This document shows, one piece after another, positions 37,545 through 48,719 of a stretch of 64,000 bases of DNA (position 1 is the first letter of the stretch; each line of letters starts with the position of its first letter). The position numbers and the translations under genes were made by a program. Source of the DNA: Negaprion brevirostris (lineage: Eukaryota); NCBI GenBank assembly GCA_030324005.1, contig JARDVH010000084.1, positions 44,020,262-44,084,261 on the forward strand, written 5' to 3'. The notes below the pieces were generated by a model, which did no database searches, was not told where the DNA came from, and was given only the letters and a program-made list of their open reading frames with translations.

Positions 37545-38550
37545 TAAAGTTGAGGGAGTGTCAGCACTGCTACCTTCCTGTAGCTGTCTGATACAGACAC
37601 CATGTCTAAACTCCACAAATATCCCCATACTCAATGATGAAGGAGCCCAGCACATCAATCCAAAAGATAAGGCTGAAGCATTCACAGGAATCATCAGCCA
37701 GAAGTGCTGAATAGATGATACATCTCGGCCTCCTCTGGAGGTCCCCAAAAGTGGTTTTTGCTACCAAATAAACCTGTTGGACTTTAACTGGTGTTGTGAG
37801 ACTTCTTACTGAGTTGTCCCCAGCATCACAGATGTAAGTCTTCAGCCAATTTGATTCTCTCCATATGATATCAAGAAATGGTTGGAGGTACAGGATACTG
37901 CAAAGGCTATGAACCCTGACAATATTCTAACAATAGTACTGAAGACATGCTCCAGAATTTCCCTAACTCCTAGCCAAGTTGTTCCAGTACAGCTACATCA
38001 CTGACACCTACCCAGCAATGTGGAAGATTGCCCAGTATGTCCTGTACACAAGAAGCAGGACAAATCCGACCCAGGCAATTACTGCCTCATCAGTCTACTC
38101 TCAATGATCAGAAAAGTGAACTCCGGAGGTGAGTGACTGCCCTGACGAGACAGTATTTGACTGAGTGTGGCATTAAAGAGCTGTAACAAAACTGGAGTCA
38201 AGAGAAGTCGGGAAAACCCTCCTCTAGTTGGAGTCTTACGTAGCACAAGAATGATGAATGGAGGTCTATTTTCTCAGCTACAACACATCACTGTAGGAGT
38301 TCCTTCAGCTGCTTCGTCAATGACCTTCCATTCATATAAGGTCAGAAGTAGGAATGGTTGCAGATGATTGCACAATGTTCGACACCATTTGTAACTCCTC
38401 AGATATTGAAGCCGTCCATGTCCAAATGCAGAAAGACCTGACAATATCTAGGCTTGGGGCGTAAGTGACAGGTAATATACATGCCACATAAGTGCCACGC
38501 AATGACCATCTCTAACAAGGGGGAATTTAACCATTGCCCCTTGACTTAAT
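37545..38550 (+). mobile_element. CR1-superfamily LINE (distinct from HER1 type), decayed RT region
   Basis: Translates in pieces STNIPILNDEGAQHI..KDKAEAF..SQKC, DTAKAMNPDNI..IVLKT, LAKLFQYSY, WKIAQ.CPVHKKQDKSDPGNYCLISLLS. Confidence 0.75.
37748..37815 (+). mobile_element. Family A PLE-derived single-arm insertion inside a LINE
   Basis: gtggtttttgctaccaaataaacctgttggactttaactggtgttgtgagacttcttactgag. TSD gtcccca at 37741-37747 and 37816-37822. Confidence 0.75.
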
Positions 38551-38628
38551 GTCTGTGTTGATAGATGTGATCTTCATGGAGATCCTCTCCACTTTGAGCT
38601 GACAGTTTGTGGTGTTGGTGGTAGCCAC

Positions 38629-38858
38629 AATGTGGAGATACTGGCATTGGACTGGGATAGGCTCAGTAAGAATTCTCACAACACCAGGTTAAAGTCCAAC
38701 AGGTTTATTTGGACTCACAAGCTTTCAGAGTGCTGTTTCTAAGGAAGAGCTCCTAAACAGCGCTCCGAAAGCTCGTGATTCCAAACAAACCAGTTGGACT
38801 TTAACTTGGCATTGTGAGACTTCTTACTGAGCCCACCCTAGTCCAGCATCTCCATATC
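38629..38858. mobile_element. Family A PLE-derived complete palindrome (arms about 105 bp)
   Basis: atgtggagatactggcattggactgggataggctcagtaagaa...ctttcagagtgctgttt | aaacagcgctccgaaagctcgtg...ttcttactgagcccaccctagtccagcatctccatat. The arms are mutual reverse complements. Confidence 0.82.
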
Positions 38859-38965
38859 NNNNNNNNNNNNNNNNNNNNNNNNNNNNNNNGTCTACAAACA
38901 GTAGCAGCTGAGTAAGTAGGTGAAATAAGAAGGAAAAATTAACCCAGTTCATTAATTTAAAACAT

Positions 38966-39050
38966 GTTTGTCACTCCAAAGATTCTGCCAGATCTGCTGA
39001 GTATTTCCAACATAATCTGTTTTTGTATTAGATTTCGTATATCCACAATT
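38966..39050 (+). mobile_element. Family B PLE repeat fragment
   Basis: ctccaaagattctgccagatctgctgagtatttccaacataatctgtttttgtattagattt. Confidence 0.5.
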
Positions 39051-39074
39051 TATTTTGTAATTACAAAGCAGAGG

Positions 39075-39410
39075 TTCAATATAGGGAATAGGAAAAATTT
39101 TGAATTTTTAATCAAAGAGGAAATTACTAAATATCTAGATAAAGAGAAATTAATTTGAGCTGCCAACACAGATTTTTGAAAGAAAGATTGGTTTAGAAAC
39201 ATAGTTCTTTGAAGACAAGACAGACGTTATAGATGGGGAACCGTAATGGATGTGCATGTGAACTTTTAAAAAGCTTTTGACAAGGTCTCGCACAGGGAAT
39301 TATTGAAGAAGATCAAGAGACATTGAATTAACAGAAAGTTAGCAAATTGGATTAAAACTGGTTTGAAAAGATGAAACAGAGTTGAGGAGTTAAGGGTAAT
39401 TCCTCAGAGC
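39075..39410 (+). mobile_element. Degenerate CR1 RT fragment
   Basis: aacttttaaaaagcttttgacaaggtctcgcacagg is a decayed DFQKAFDKVPHR motif. Confidence 0.65.
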
Positions 39411-40617
39411 ATGACGCTGCAACAAATGCAGAAATAATTCTGTTCTGATTTCAGAACTGGTTTCATCACCTTGATGTTGCAAAATTAAAAATAAACAGCT
39501 TGAAATATTGTATTTCTCCGATTTCCTTTTTGATATCTTCATTAACATTTCCCCCAATTTCCTTTAATTTTTATCATTTGAGTTTTACCTTTCAGATTGG
39601 TTGTAACTAAATCCAAATTTTTCTTTCTAATTCTTGGGTAATTACATATCCATTTTCCAGTGCTACCACTGTAATCCATTATTTATTCCAACAGTTGGAG
39701 TTGCTTCATCTGAAATTCCCTCCAGTGAAACAGCAAGTCCAAAGTTTTATCTTCCAACCAATCATGGATAAGAACCCTAGAAACTGTCACAGAAGGAACA
39801 GAACCAATCTTTAAAAACTGGAATACTCCTCCCAATTCCACTCTAGTGATGAAGACAGTTGCCAGCTTCCACTTTGCCCCCTGCTAATAGTCTCTGCCTT
39901 CAAATTCCAGGATCTGCCTGAGAATAATAGCTCAAAATCTGTTATCAATTCTTCAGTGCACTACCTAGTCATTTCAAACATCCCTTCTCAATTTAACATT
40001 TTTTTAAAGGAGACATGAGGCCATATGAGCTTTGGGCCTAGCTGTACTTGTGATTGCTAGGCGAGCATGTTTACTTAACAGTCATACTTTGACACATAAC
40101 TGTAATATATAGAAGTGAAGAAAACATGTACTTTTTTGTCAGAGAAATGGGTGTAGCAGCCATTGCCAGGTAACTTGCATTGACTAGGAGGTGGAAAGGG
40201 AAAGAGTATCTCAGGTTATTCAAAGTATATGGCTTGAAGTCACGTTCTCAGCTATTTTGGCAATTCAGCTGTTACACATGGCTTAAGAGCCCCTGCAGTA
40301 AAATGAAGAAAATTAACTAGGGTTCTTTCCCCTGATTGCTACCTAATGACTCCTAGAAGGTTATATGATTGTGGATGTGAAGACACAGCTTGCTAACTCA
40401 CTGAGACACATAGGTTGCCACATGCAGGATGTTTATTAGTGTAAGATGTTGGATGGTGCACAGCAATCATGAAAGTATCTCGGGGAAGAGGCATTACCAT
40501 CAGGGGAGGAGTATGGAACAATAGCTTGGTCAAAGAAGGAGGAAGTAAATTGTGTAGTTTAATGCCAAACATGTGCTCTGGGACAAATTTGTAATGTTGT
40601 CACCCACTTCTATATAA

Positions 40618-40947
40618 GGGCAGCATGCTGACACAATGGTTAGCACTGCCATTGCACAGTGCCAGAAATCCAGGTTCGATTTATGGCTTGGTCACTGTCT
40701 GTGTGGAGTTAGCACATTCTCCCTGTGTCTGCATGTATTTCCTCCAGGTGCTCCAGTTTCCTCCCACAATCCAAAGGTGTGTGGGCTAGGTGGATTGACC
40801 GCGCTAAATTGTCCCTTAGTGTCAGAGGGATTAGCTATGGTAAATGTATGGGGTTGTGGGGATAGGGCCTAGGTAAGATTGTGGTCAGTGCAGATTCGAT
40901 GGGCCAAATAGCCTCCTTGTGCACTGGAGGATTCTATGACTCTATGA
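40618..40947 (+). mobile_element. tRNA-derived V-SINE (HE1), full length, CR1/HER1-type tail B
   Basis: Head gggcagcatgctgacacaatggttagcactgcc...ccaggttcgat, V-domain, tail gcagattcgatgggccaaatagcctccttgtgcactggaggattctatgactctatga (similar to the CR1 tail at about 24660-24715). Confidence 0.88.
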
Positions 40948-41218
40948 ATTCTGCAGCTTTTCATGTTTGGTACAGAATCAGATCTAAATTAATGTCATTT
41001 TTCAGTTTCAGTACCTTTTTCTAAAATATAATGAGTGACTTTAACTGTCAACTGGTTTCCTTTGGCAATCTGCTAATGCCGACTAACTTCCTAACAGTCA
41101 GTGCAATATGAAAGAGTGACAGTTTTAACTAGTGGATCCCATTAACCTGCCACTGATCTATTTCCCATCAAGAATTAGTCAGACGTGGGTGGGAGGATAT
41201 GCTGCTGGCCTCCCAAAA

Positions 41219-41563
41219 TCCATGATGTGGAGATGCCGGCGTTGGACTGGGGTAAACACAGTAAGAAGTCTCACAACACCAGGTTAAAGTCCAACANNNN
41301 NNNNNNNNNNNNNNNNNNNNNNNNNNNNNNNNNNNNNNNNNNNNNNNNNNNNNNNNNNNNNNNNNNNNNNNNNNNNNNNNNNNNNNNNNNNNNNNNCACC
41401 AGGTTAAAGTCCAACAGGTTTATTTGTAGCAAATGCCACTAGCTTTCGGAACTAGCTGTTTCTTCGTCAGGTGGGTGACGAAGGAACAGCCAGTTCTGGA
41501 AGCTAGTGGCGTTTGCTAAAAATAAACCTGTTGGACTTTAACCTGGTATTGTGAGACTTCTTA
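41219..41563. mobile_element. Family A PLE-derived fold-back element with an intact hammerhead core on the minus strand
   Basis: TSD ctcccaaaa at 41210-41218 and 41564-41572. Inverted arms meet at about 41473. Includes an artefactual 100-N gap. Confidence 0.82.
41435..41474 (-). ncRNA. Putative minimal type I hammerhead ribozyme motif
   Basis: Minus strand ccac-CTGACGA-a-gaaac-agcta-gttcc-GAAA-gc-TA-gtgg. Stem I ccac/gtgg, stem II 4 of 5 paired, CUA triplet, palindromic AGCU in place of stem III. Confidence 0.55.
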
Positions 41564-41831
41564 CTCCCAAAAACCAGCCAGTTAGAGCTTCCTCCACGAT
41601 TCTCAGGTAAGTGTAAAGAAGGGGGTGTAATGACAATGATGAGAAAGTCTGGGGCAGGGGAGGTCTAAACTTTTCATGTGAGCATGGAGGAGTGCTCCTG
41701 TTCCTGGCCATCACCACAACATTGGAAATTGCCCTTCGCAAATAGAAGTTAAAATCACTATTGATTGTTATTAGACCCCAATTAACACATGTAAATTAGC
41801 AGCAATCTGTCATTGGTTGGGCATCTTCTAT

Positions 41832-42210
41832 GAACATACAAATTAGGAGCAGGAATAGGCTATTTAGCCCTTTGTGCCAGCTCTGCCATTCAATAAGATC
41901 ATGGCTGATTGTAGCCTCAATTCCACGTTTCGTTGCCTCCCTCCGATAACTTCTGACTCTTTTGTTACTTCAGAACATCTGCCTTCAAAATATTCAATGA
42001 CCCCGCCTCTGTTGGGGAGGAGAGTTCACAATCCTCTGAGAAAAAAAGATTTTTTCTCATCTCCAAGTTAACTTGACCAAGGCTAGCTTAGGGGTTTATA
42101 AAAGAAGAGTGACATGGACAAGTTGGGCCGAAGGGCCTGTTTCCATGCTGTAAACCTCTGACTCTAATTGGGAGACCCCTTATTTCAATAAATATAATTC
42201 TAGTCTCTCC
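41832..42210 (-). mobile_element. CR1 3' end with a small opposite-strand CR1 tail nested at about 42085-42165
   Basis: aattaggagcaggaataggctatttagccc...ccattcaataagatcatggctgat. The nested piece is ggacaagttgggccgaagggcctgtttccatgctgtaaacctctgactcta. Confidence 0.72.
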
Positions 42211-42552
42211 CTTACGTAGACATATCTAACTGTAACCAGGCACTTTGCCAGTAAGTAGCCCAGGGCACTTTAACTGCTCAATTGTTCTGTTCTCATCCAG
42301 TGAGTATTAAAATTCCCTCCATTATTTTCGTTGTTGTGTGTGAATTGCATTGCTTCTATTTGGGGAGTTTGGATCCAGAAGGTTTTGATTAAAAAGATTG
42401 CTCTAGGTTATTCATATTTTGTGGAAAGCCTGATGAAAGTTTAATATTTATTGGCTGCTTAATCCAGTGCTTATCAGCTTCAGTTAAAATGTTTATAGGT
42501 TAATAACACAATAAATGTTATCTAACTATGTTCCCTCTCTGTTTTCTTTTAG

Positions 42553-42678
42553 TTCCGCCAAAAATTATTGACATCTCTACTGGCTCTGTCGTGAATGAAT
42601 TCAGCAATGTCACTCTTTTTTGTCTAGCAAGTGGAAAACCAGAGCCCACCATCACTTGGAAGCACATATCCCCATCAG
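42553..42678 (+). CDS. NEGR1: Internal coding exon (126 bp, phase 1-1) of an IgLON-family neural cell adhesion gene, most similar to NEGR1 exon 3 (first half of Ig domain 2)
   Basis: Polypyrimidine tract plus AG (ttccctctctgttttcttttag, ending 42552) and donor G|gtaaga at 42679. Translation (V)[41 protein letters not shown] aligns by eye with human NEGR1 [42 protein letters not shown]. The HISPS ending favours NEGR1 over LSAMP. The Met-started ORF 42528-42746 is an intron read-through. Confidence 0.88.
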
Positions 42679-43594
42679 GTAAGAGAAGCTTAATATATCC
42701 TTTAGTTAAATGTATTCTTCAATTAAAATCTGTCAACATTAGTTAATACCGAATATAATTAGTTACAACTAGGAGGTACTTACTTCTTTGCCAATATGGA
42801 AGGTCAAGTTCTGTAGTCTATTAGGCTAATAGAGAAATTGTTAATAAGATGCATTTTCCTTTAACTCAGGTCAACCTTTCAGACTCCACCACTACAGTTC
42901 TGGGTTTAACATAATCTGTTACCCTTAGGGGATTTAAACCATTGAGTGTACAGCTTTAAAAAATTGTATGCTAAATGATAACATGCTAAATGGAAATCAC
43001 GTTTCCATAAGAAAACATGCAGTAGAGGCAGATTATGTTCCTGCCCTGTAATCTTTATATAAAAAATTTATTAGCTGCTTGAACCGAACTTGAACCTCTT
43101 TAACTTGTTCTACTTACTTCCCATGCACCACTTCTCACCTTCTGATCACCTCCTGATCCTCCATCTTGCCACTTGTCTCTCCTGCTCCCTCTTCCAAACC
43201 CTTATTTCTTCCCACTTGCTGCCTTGCTCACTACCCTGTGAGGAGAGGGGCGGAAAGAGTGAGGAAGTAAGCGAAAGATGTGGCAAATGGGGCAAGGAGC
43301 CAGAAGAGAGCAATTGGTGAGTGGGAGATGGAAGTGACGGTAAGTTTTAAAAACATGACAGCACGTGCAGTATCAACATGGTTCCTGGCACATGCTTAGT
43401 AACCTCTCTAAAATGAAATGGAAGCAACTCTAGTCAGTAACTTTCCTAATTTACAAACCACACTAAAATAAAAATGTGCACTTTAACCGGGAGATACCTG
43501 TATATACAATTACACAACAGGGCTGTATATTGTATTTGGTTACTGACTGCCCATTATCCCAAATTTTCCAACCAGGATGGCCCATCTGGGCTAG

Positions 43595-43880
43595 GGGGAG
43601 GTGGTGGCATAGTGGACTTGTAATGCAGAAACCCAAAGTAATGTATCAGGGTCCCAGGTTCAAATCCCACCACTGCAGATGGTGAAATTTAAGTTCAATA
43701 AAAATCTGGAATTGAAAGTCTAAAGATGACCAGGAAACCATTGCCCATTGTTGTGAAAACCCATCTGGTTCACGAATGTTCTTTAGGGAAGGAAATCTGC
43801 CATCTTCACCTGGTCTGACCTACATGTGACTCCAGATCCACAGTGATGTTGTTGACTCATAATTGCCCCTTCAAGGACAA
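43595..43880 (+). mobile_element. tRNA-like SINE (family distinct from HE1)
   Basis: ggaggtggtggcatagtgg (A box) ... ccaggttcaaatccc (B box) ... gcagatggtgaaattt...aaacccatctggttcac...agggaaggaaatctgcc. Related fragments at about 17455-17520, 17952-18075 and 50680-50800. Confidence 0.7.
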
Positions 43881-44814
43881 TTCTTTCTACCAATAAGAAC
43901 ATCTCTTTTCAAGCTGAATGATAACACAGAATTAATTCTTCCAGATAAATTACATCTTTGAACAGATGCGCACGTTGCTTTACTATGAGCTTTAGAAGTT
44001 TCATGACCAGCAAGATATCTTCCAACATTTCTCCAGTTAAAGTACCTATTGATGAATGCCTATTTCCATTTACCAGGGTAAGGGAATAATTTTGCAATAC
44101 AATATTGCAAACATAACAGTAGACTGCCTCAGAGTTTTCCAAAAGAACTCAACCAAATTCTAATTCCTGTAATCCTATTTCTTTCCATTCGCAGAAAATG
44201 GTGCTTGTGAAGGCTCCTAACTGGCTTTCAGCCTGCAACATCAAACCCTTCTCTCAAATTTTCCATAATTGCCAGCTTTCTGGTTTATTGAGTGCAAAAT
44301 ACTCTATCATACCCAGGGAAACGGGTGTTGGCTATAAGGCAATATCTTCTGGGTAGCTTTCTTAATTTACTTCAACAGAAGAATCAACAATGTCTCATAG
44401 CCCCATTGTCATTTTAGAGATCACTTCTTGTTTAACTGTTTCAGACAATGTGCGATGGATTGGCAAATCTAAGTCATCTAATAATTCACCCATTTTATGG
44501 ATGAGGATGAATGTGCAGTTTGTGCATTGTTAAATACTTTGAACTTTTAAAGTAAAATGAAAACTGTATTTTTGCCTCGCTTTGTCCTCTTGCCTTGCCT
44601 TCAGTTTTTTGTGTTTTTGACAGCCTGATTAATGTCGCCTCATATCACATAAGCAACTGACCTTGATTTTAGACAGCTACAGAAATGTTTGAAAGAGTAG
44701 GCATTATTTTTGCACATCAATCCCACATTTTTATCAGGATCAAGCTTTGCAAAAATTAATCATTTAACTATGAAGCTGTGATTCAAACAAACTGGATTTC
44801 AAACAACACTCACT

Positions 44815-45612
44815 CACAATGATGAGACAGAATACAGAAAAGAGATAGAGAATCTGGTGAACTGGTGTGACGATAATGATCTCTCCCTCAATGTCAACAA
44901 ATGAAGGAGATAGCCATCGACTTCTGGAAGTGTATGGAGAACATGCCCCTGTCTACATCGATGGGGACAAAGTAGAAGTGGTTGGGAGCTTCAAGTTTTT
45001 AGGTGTCCTGATCATCAGCCACCTGTCCTGATCCCCCCATACTGATGCTATAGTTAAGAAATCCCATCAATGCCTCTACTTGCTCAGAAGACTGAGAAAA
45101 TTTGACATGTCAGCTATGACTTTCACCAGCTTTTACAGGTGCATCATAGAAAACATTCCTTTTGGTTATATCACAGCTTGAAATGGCTCTTGCTCTGTCC
45201 AAGACTGCAAGAAACTACAAAGAATCATGAACAAAGCCCAGTCCATCATTCAAACCAGTCTTCCACCCACTGACACTGTCAACACTTCCAGCTGCCTGGG
45301 AAAAGCAGCCAGCATAATTAAGCACACCATGCACCCAGACATTCTCTTGTCCACCTTCTTCCATTGGAAAAAAGATTCAAAGGTCTGAGGACACGCACCA
45401 ACTGACTCAAAAACTGCTTCTTTCCTGTTGCCATCAGACTTTTGAATAAACCTACCTCGCTTTAAATTGATCTTTCTGTATACCCTAGCTGTAACACTAC
45501 ATTCCGCACTTTCTCCTTCTCTATATACAGTATACTTTGTCTGTATAGCAAGCAAGAAACAATACTGATCATTGTATACCAATACATGTGACAATAATAG
45601 ATCAAATCAAAT
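44815..45612 (+). mobile_element. Rex1/Babar-type LINE 3' fragment
   Basis: NDETEYRKEIENLVNWCDDNDLSLNVNK...KKSHQCLYLLRRLRKF...FYRCIIENIL. Ends with an (atcaa)n tail. Homologous to 6301-7020 and 4883-5270. Confidence 0.88.
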
Positions 45613-47116
45613 GAGAATCTACTTTTCTCCTGCCCACTTCCTTCACAAACCCTCCTTCTCTGCAAGTCTGCAACCTAATCCGCTTGCACACTCTCCTCCA
45701 CCGATACCTTCACAATTTTCCAACCCCACCCCCCCCAACTCCATCCCCTCACACTCTTCCATTCTCACCTTCTCACTCACCTGCGGAGATCAAGGGAGCC
45801 TGCCTCACTCACCATGGCCACCGCAACTCATCATGCCTCAGGCCATTGTCATGCACCTGGGTTCACTCCTTTGCTAGGTGATATCCTCATGGCTTGATTC
45901 AATGGTCCTGCCTCGCTATTATTGACCTGCATCTGCTAGTGTCAGTGCCCTTCACAAATTTACTTGCCTGCTCTGCACCTTATGGCTTGATTCACAAAAC
46001 TCAGCATTCTCTCCTTCTCTCATCGTAGTCTCATGCACGTGCCTCAGGTTAACCATTTGTCACCTGTTTTCCTGCTCATTCAGACTCAGCAGTTGGAGTC
46101 CGATTTTGTTCTGCATTTGCTGCTCAATGCAGATTGGATGCCCAGTGCACTAGCCTGGTAAAGAGCCTCCCTCACCCCCATTGGTTGGTGCTCTGTTTTC
46201 TTTGTAAATCCGACTCTATCGGTCAACTAGCATTGGAGGGGAACAGGGAGGGAAGAAGACCTCCTGTGTCAACATACTTCTGGCCTTGACCAAGTTAGCC
46301 ATTAACAGGTCCAGGCAGCGGGCATTTGAGGTGGTCACAACACAAACGTCTACTATGCTTACATTCATGGCCTTAGAGAGGGAGCACACAGTGTTTACCG
46401 ATACAATTCAGGCCTCTGCAACCAGTGGGCACTGCAGGGCCTGGGATGCATCATCACTCTGAGGAATGATACTTTGGATTAGTTAGTTAAGTTTCCTTTT
46501 TGACGTTTTGTTTTAACTACAGTGTCCCACCAGGGGCTATCACCCTTCTTAATTTGTTGTATTAATTGATTTTTGCTTTCTCAAAAAGAATACGGCCCCA
46601 TTCGCTGCCGGTGACTCTAGAGAGGGAGCATGCGGGGTCCGCTCATAAGCTTCAGGCCTTCCATAACCAATGGGTGCTGTGGGTGCTGTGGAGGTGGGGG
46701 TGGGGATTCATCACCTCCCCTCCCCCACCCCCACCAGAATTTTAATCTGATATACTTTGAGTTTCTTCTGAACTTTTGACTTATTGTTGCACAAGGGGCC
46801 ATCACCCCCTCTCATTTATTGATTATTGTTTAATTTATTGATTTTTTTTTTGTCTGTTGATGGCCACCTGGGCTAGGCCCAGGAGCATGCCTATGAGGAG
46901 CTGGTGGATCCCTCCACCCCCCTCTGCAATGGGAGCCCAAAGATCGAGAGCATGGTATTGCTTTCTTATTCTGGATTCCCTATCAAAGGAAATAATTCCT
47001 CTGGATCCACCCTATTGAATCTTCCACTGTGCTAAATACCTCGATTAGATCATCTCTAATCTTTCTAAATTCGAAGGCATACAAGTCAAATGTATGCAAC
47101 CTGGCCTCATAATTTA

Positions 47117-47215
47117 AGTAAGAAGTCTCACAACGCCAGGTTAAAGTCCAACAGGTTTATTTGGTAGTACAAGCCACTAGCTTTCGGAGCACTACCCCTT
47201 CATCAGGTGAGTCTA
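47117..47215 (-). mobile_element. Family A PLE-derived single-arm insertion
   Basis: agtaagaagtctcacaacgccaggttaaagtccaacaggtttatttggtagtacaagccactagctttcggagcactaccccttcatcaggtga. Imperfect TSD cctcataatttaa / cctcaaaattaaa. Confidence 0.8.
47174..47210 (-). ncRNA. Putative minimal type I hammerhead ribozyme motif (best-preserved copy)
   Basis: Minus strand tcac-CTGATGA-a-ggggt-agt-gctcc-GAAA-gc-TA-gtgg. Canonical core, stem I ucac/gugg, stem II fully paired with G-U wobbles, CUA triplet. Confidence 0.6.
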
Positions 47216-47713
47216 CCTCAAAATTAAACCCATTCCAGATGTGATACCCTGGTGAATTGGCACAATAATCTTTCCTTCTGTATAGTGCCCAAAGCTGAAC
47301 ACAGATGGAGCCTGGCCAATGCTCCATCCAACTGAATTATAATTTCCTCCCTTTTCCAATCCTTGAGATAAAGGTCAACTTTACATTCACCTTTTTGATT
47401 GCTTCATGTACCTTTTCTGTAACTCTCAGAGATTTGTGAATGTGGAAATCCAAATCCTTTTATATCTTCACAAATTCTAGTCTCTCACCACTGAGAAAAT
47501 ACTCCAATTTTATTTCTTAGATTCTGAGAATATTCTCACATTACCCCACATCGAATTCCATCTATCAGAGTTTTGGCCACTTGTCAAACCTGCTTTCTCT
47601 TTGTGATTTCCTACATCCATTTCTACAGTTCTCCTAACCATGCTTATTACAGATATTGGCTTTAAAATGTTACAGAATTGTAAAAGGCCTGTCTAATGCA
47701 GAATTTATATAAT

Positions 47714-47838
47714 GGCCAGAATTCTCCGGTCCATCTCCACTACCAGCGACACTGGAGAATTTGGCGCTCAGCAATACTCCATTCACTACAGTGAAACCAG
47801 AGGATCCCAGCCATGGGCTAGGTCTGAGAATTCCGGCA
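47714..47838 (+). mobile_element. Short MITE with Harbinger-like TIRs
   Basis: gccagaattctc ... gagaattccggc inverted ends (11 of 12 match). Homologous to 32899-33030. Confidence 0.68.
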
Positions 47839-48719
47839 AATATCTCAAAATTCTCTGAGAATTTAGAATTATTGAGTTAGTTTTAAGTCATTATTTTGGT
47901 GTGAAAGTTATTGACCGAGAGAGGGAGAGATTTTTATTAGGTATCAAGGGATTATAGAACAAAGGTAAGCAAATTAATTTGGGATAGAGATCAACTATGC
48001 TCTAACTGAATGCAGACTCAAAGACGTGAATACCCTCTACTTGGCCCTATGTTCCCAAATGTGTGCTAAATGAACTAACCTCAGCTGGGTCAATAGTGGG
48101 CTACAAATGATTCATTGTCAGTGAGAGGGAAAAAACAGCTCTAGATTGCTAGAAAGTAGATCTCTGAAGATTAGCAAAACAGCATCAGGTTCATCCTTGA
48201 TGCTTTCTGCCTGATTAACCTGTCTGCTGTACTTACTGCCTGGGCTCACATGGAGGACACAATGCTTTAAGGTGAGTGACCTGAGAAACCCAGACCAGCG
48301 AGGGTCTGTGCTTTCATTAAAAAAGGAAAGGAAGTTTGTTTTGAAAGAAACAAATTCCTCAAGTGAATTCAACTGTCCTTGAGCTGTTCCAAAATATCCT
48401 ATGATAGAATCATGGTTTTAGAGGATTTGAAGCCTATATATTGCTGTCAATTTAAACTAGACCAACACTTCAATTAAAATAGCAGACAGAGAGATGGATG
48501 TTTTATGCACTGTTGCCACAAAGCACATGGCTGCGTAACAATCAAGCATTCCTATGCACTGTGCGTGAAGACAGTCCCTTTAAGATGCTGCCTGTGTGTG
48601 GCTGCGCAAAATAATTTAATGAGTTGGCACATTTAAATAAACCACCCGTGGATTACAGAAAATTGCACCAAATCTTTATAAGTTAATATGGTCAATAATA
48701 ATTCCTCATTAAAGGCCAA

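Larger units (their letters stand above)
46960..47620 (-). mobile_element. Old degenerate CR1 fragment containing a family A insertion
   Basis: tgcccaaagctgaacacag (reverse of VQLWA) and aaatacctcgattagatcatctct (reverse of GDLIEVF). Confidence 0.55.

Noticed and set aside
40618-40700. tRNA gene (A/B boxes; also 21280-21351 and 43595-43670)
   Set aside because: These are SINE heads continuing into SINE bodies, with no intact cloverleaf.
42528-42746. 72-aa single-exon ORF
   Set aside because: Only 42553-42678 is Ig-like. The flanks are a polypyrimidine tract and post-donor intron.
24740-47215. Family A repeats as a CRISPR array or classical MITE
   Set aside because: They are dispersed with no repeat-spacer periodicity and no cas genes, in a eukaryotic context. 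Variable TSD lengths and single-arm copies argue against a TIR MITE.
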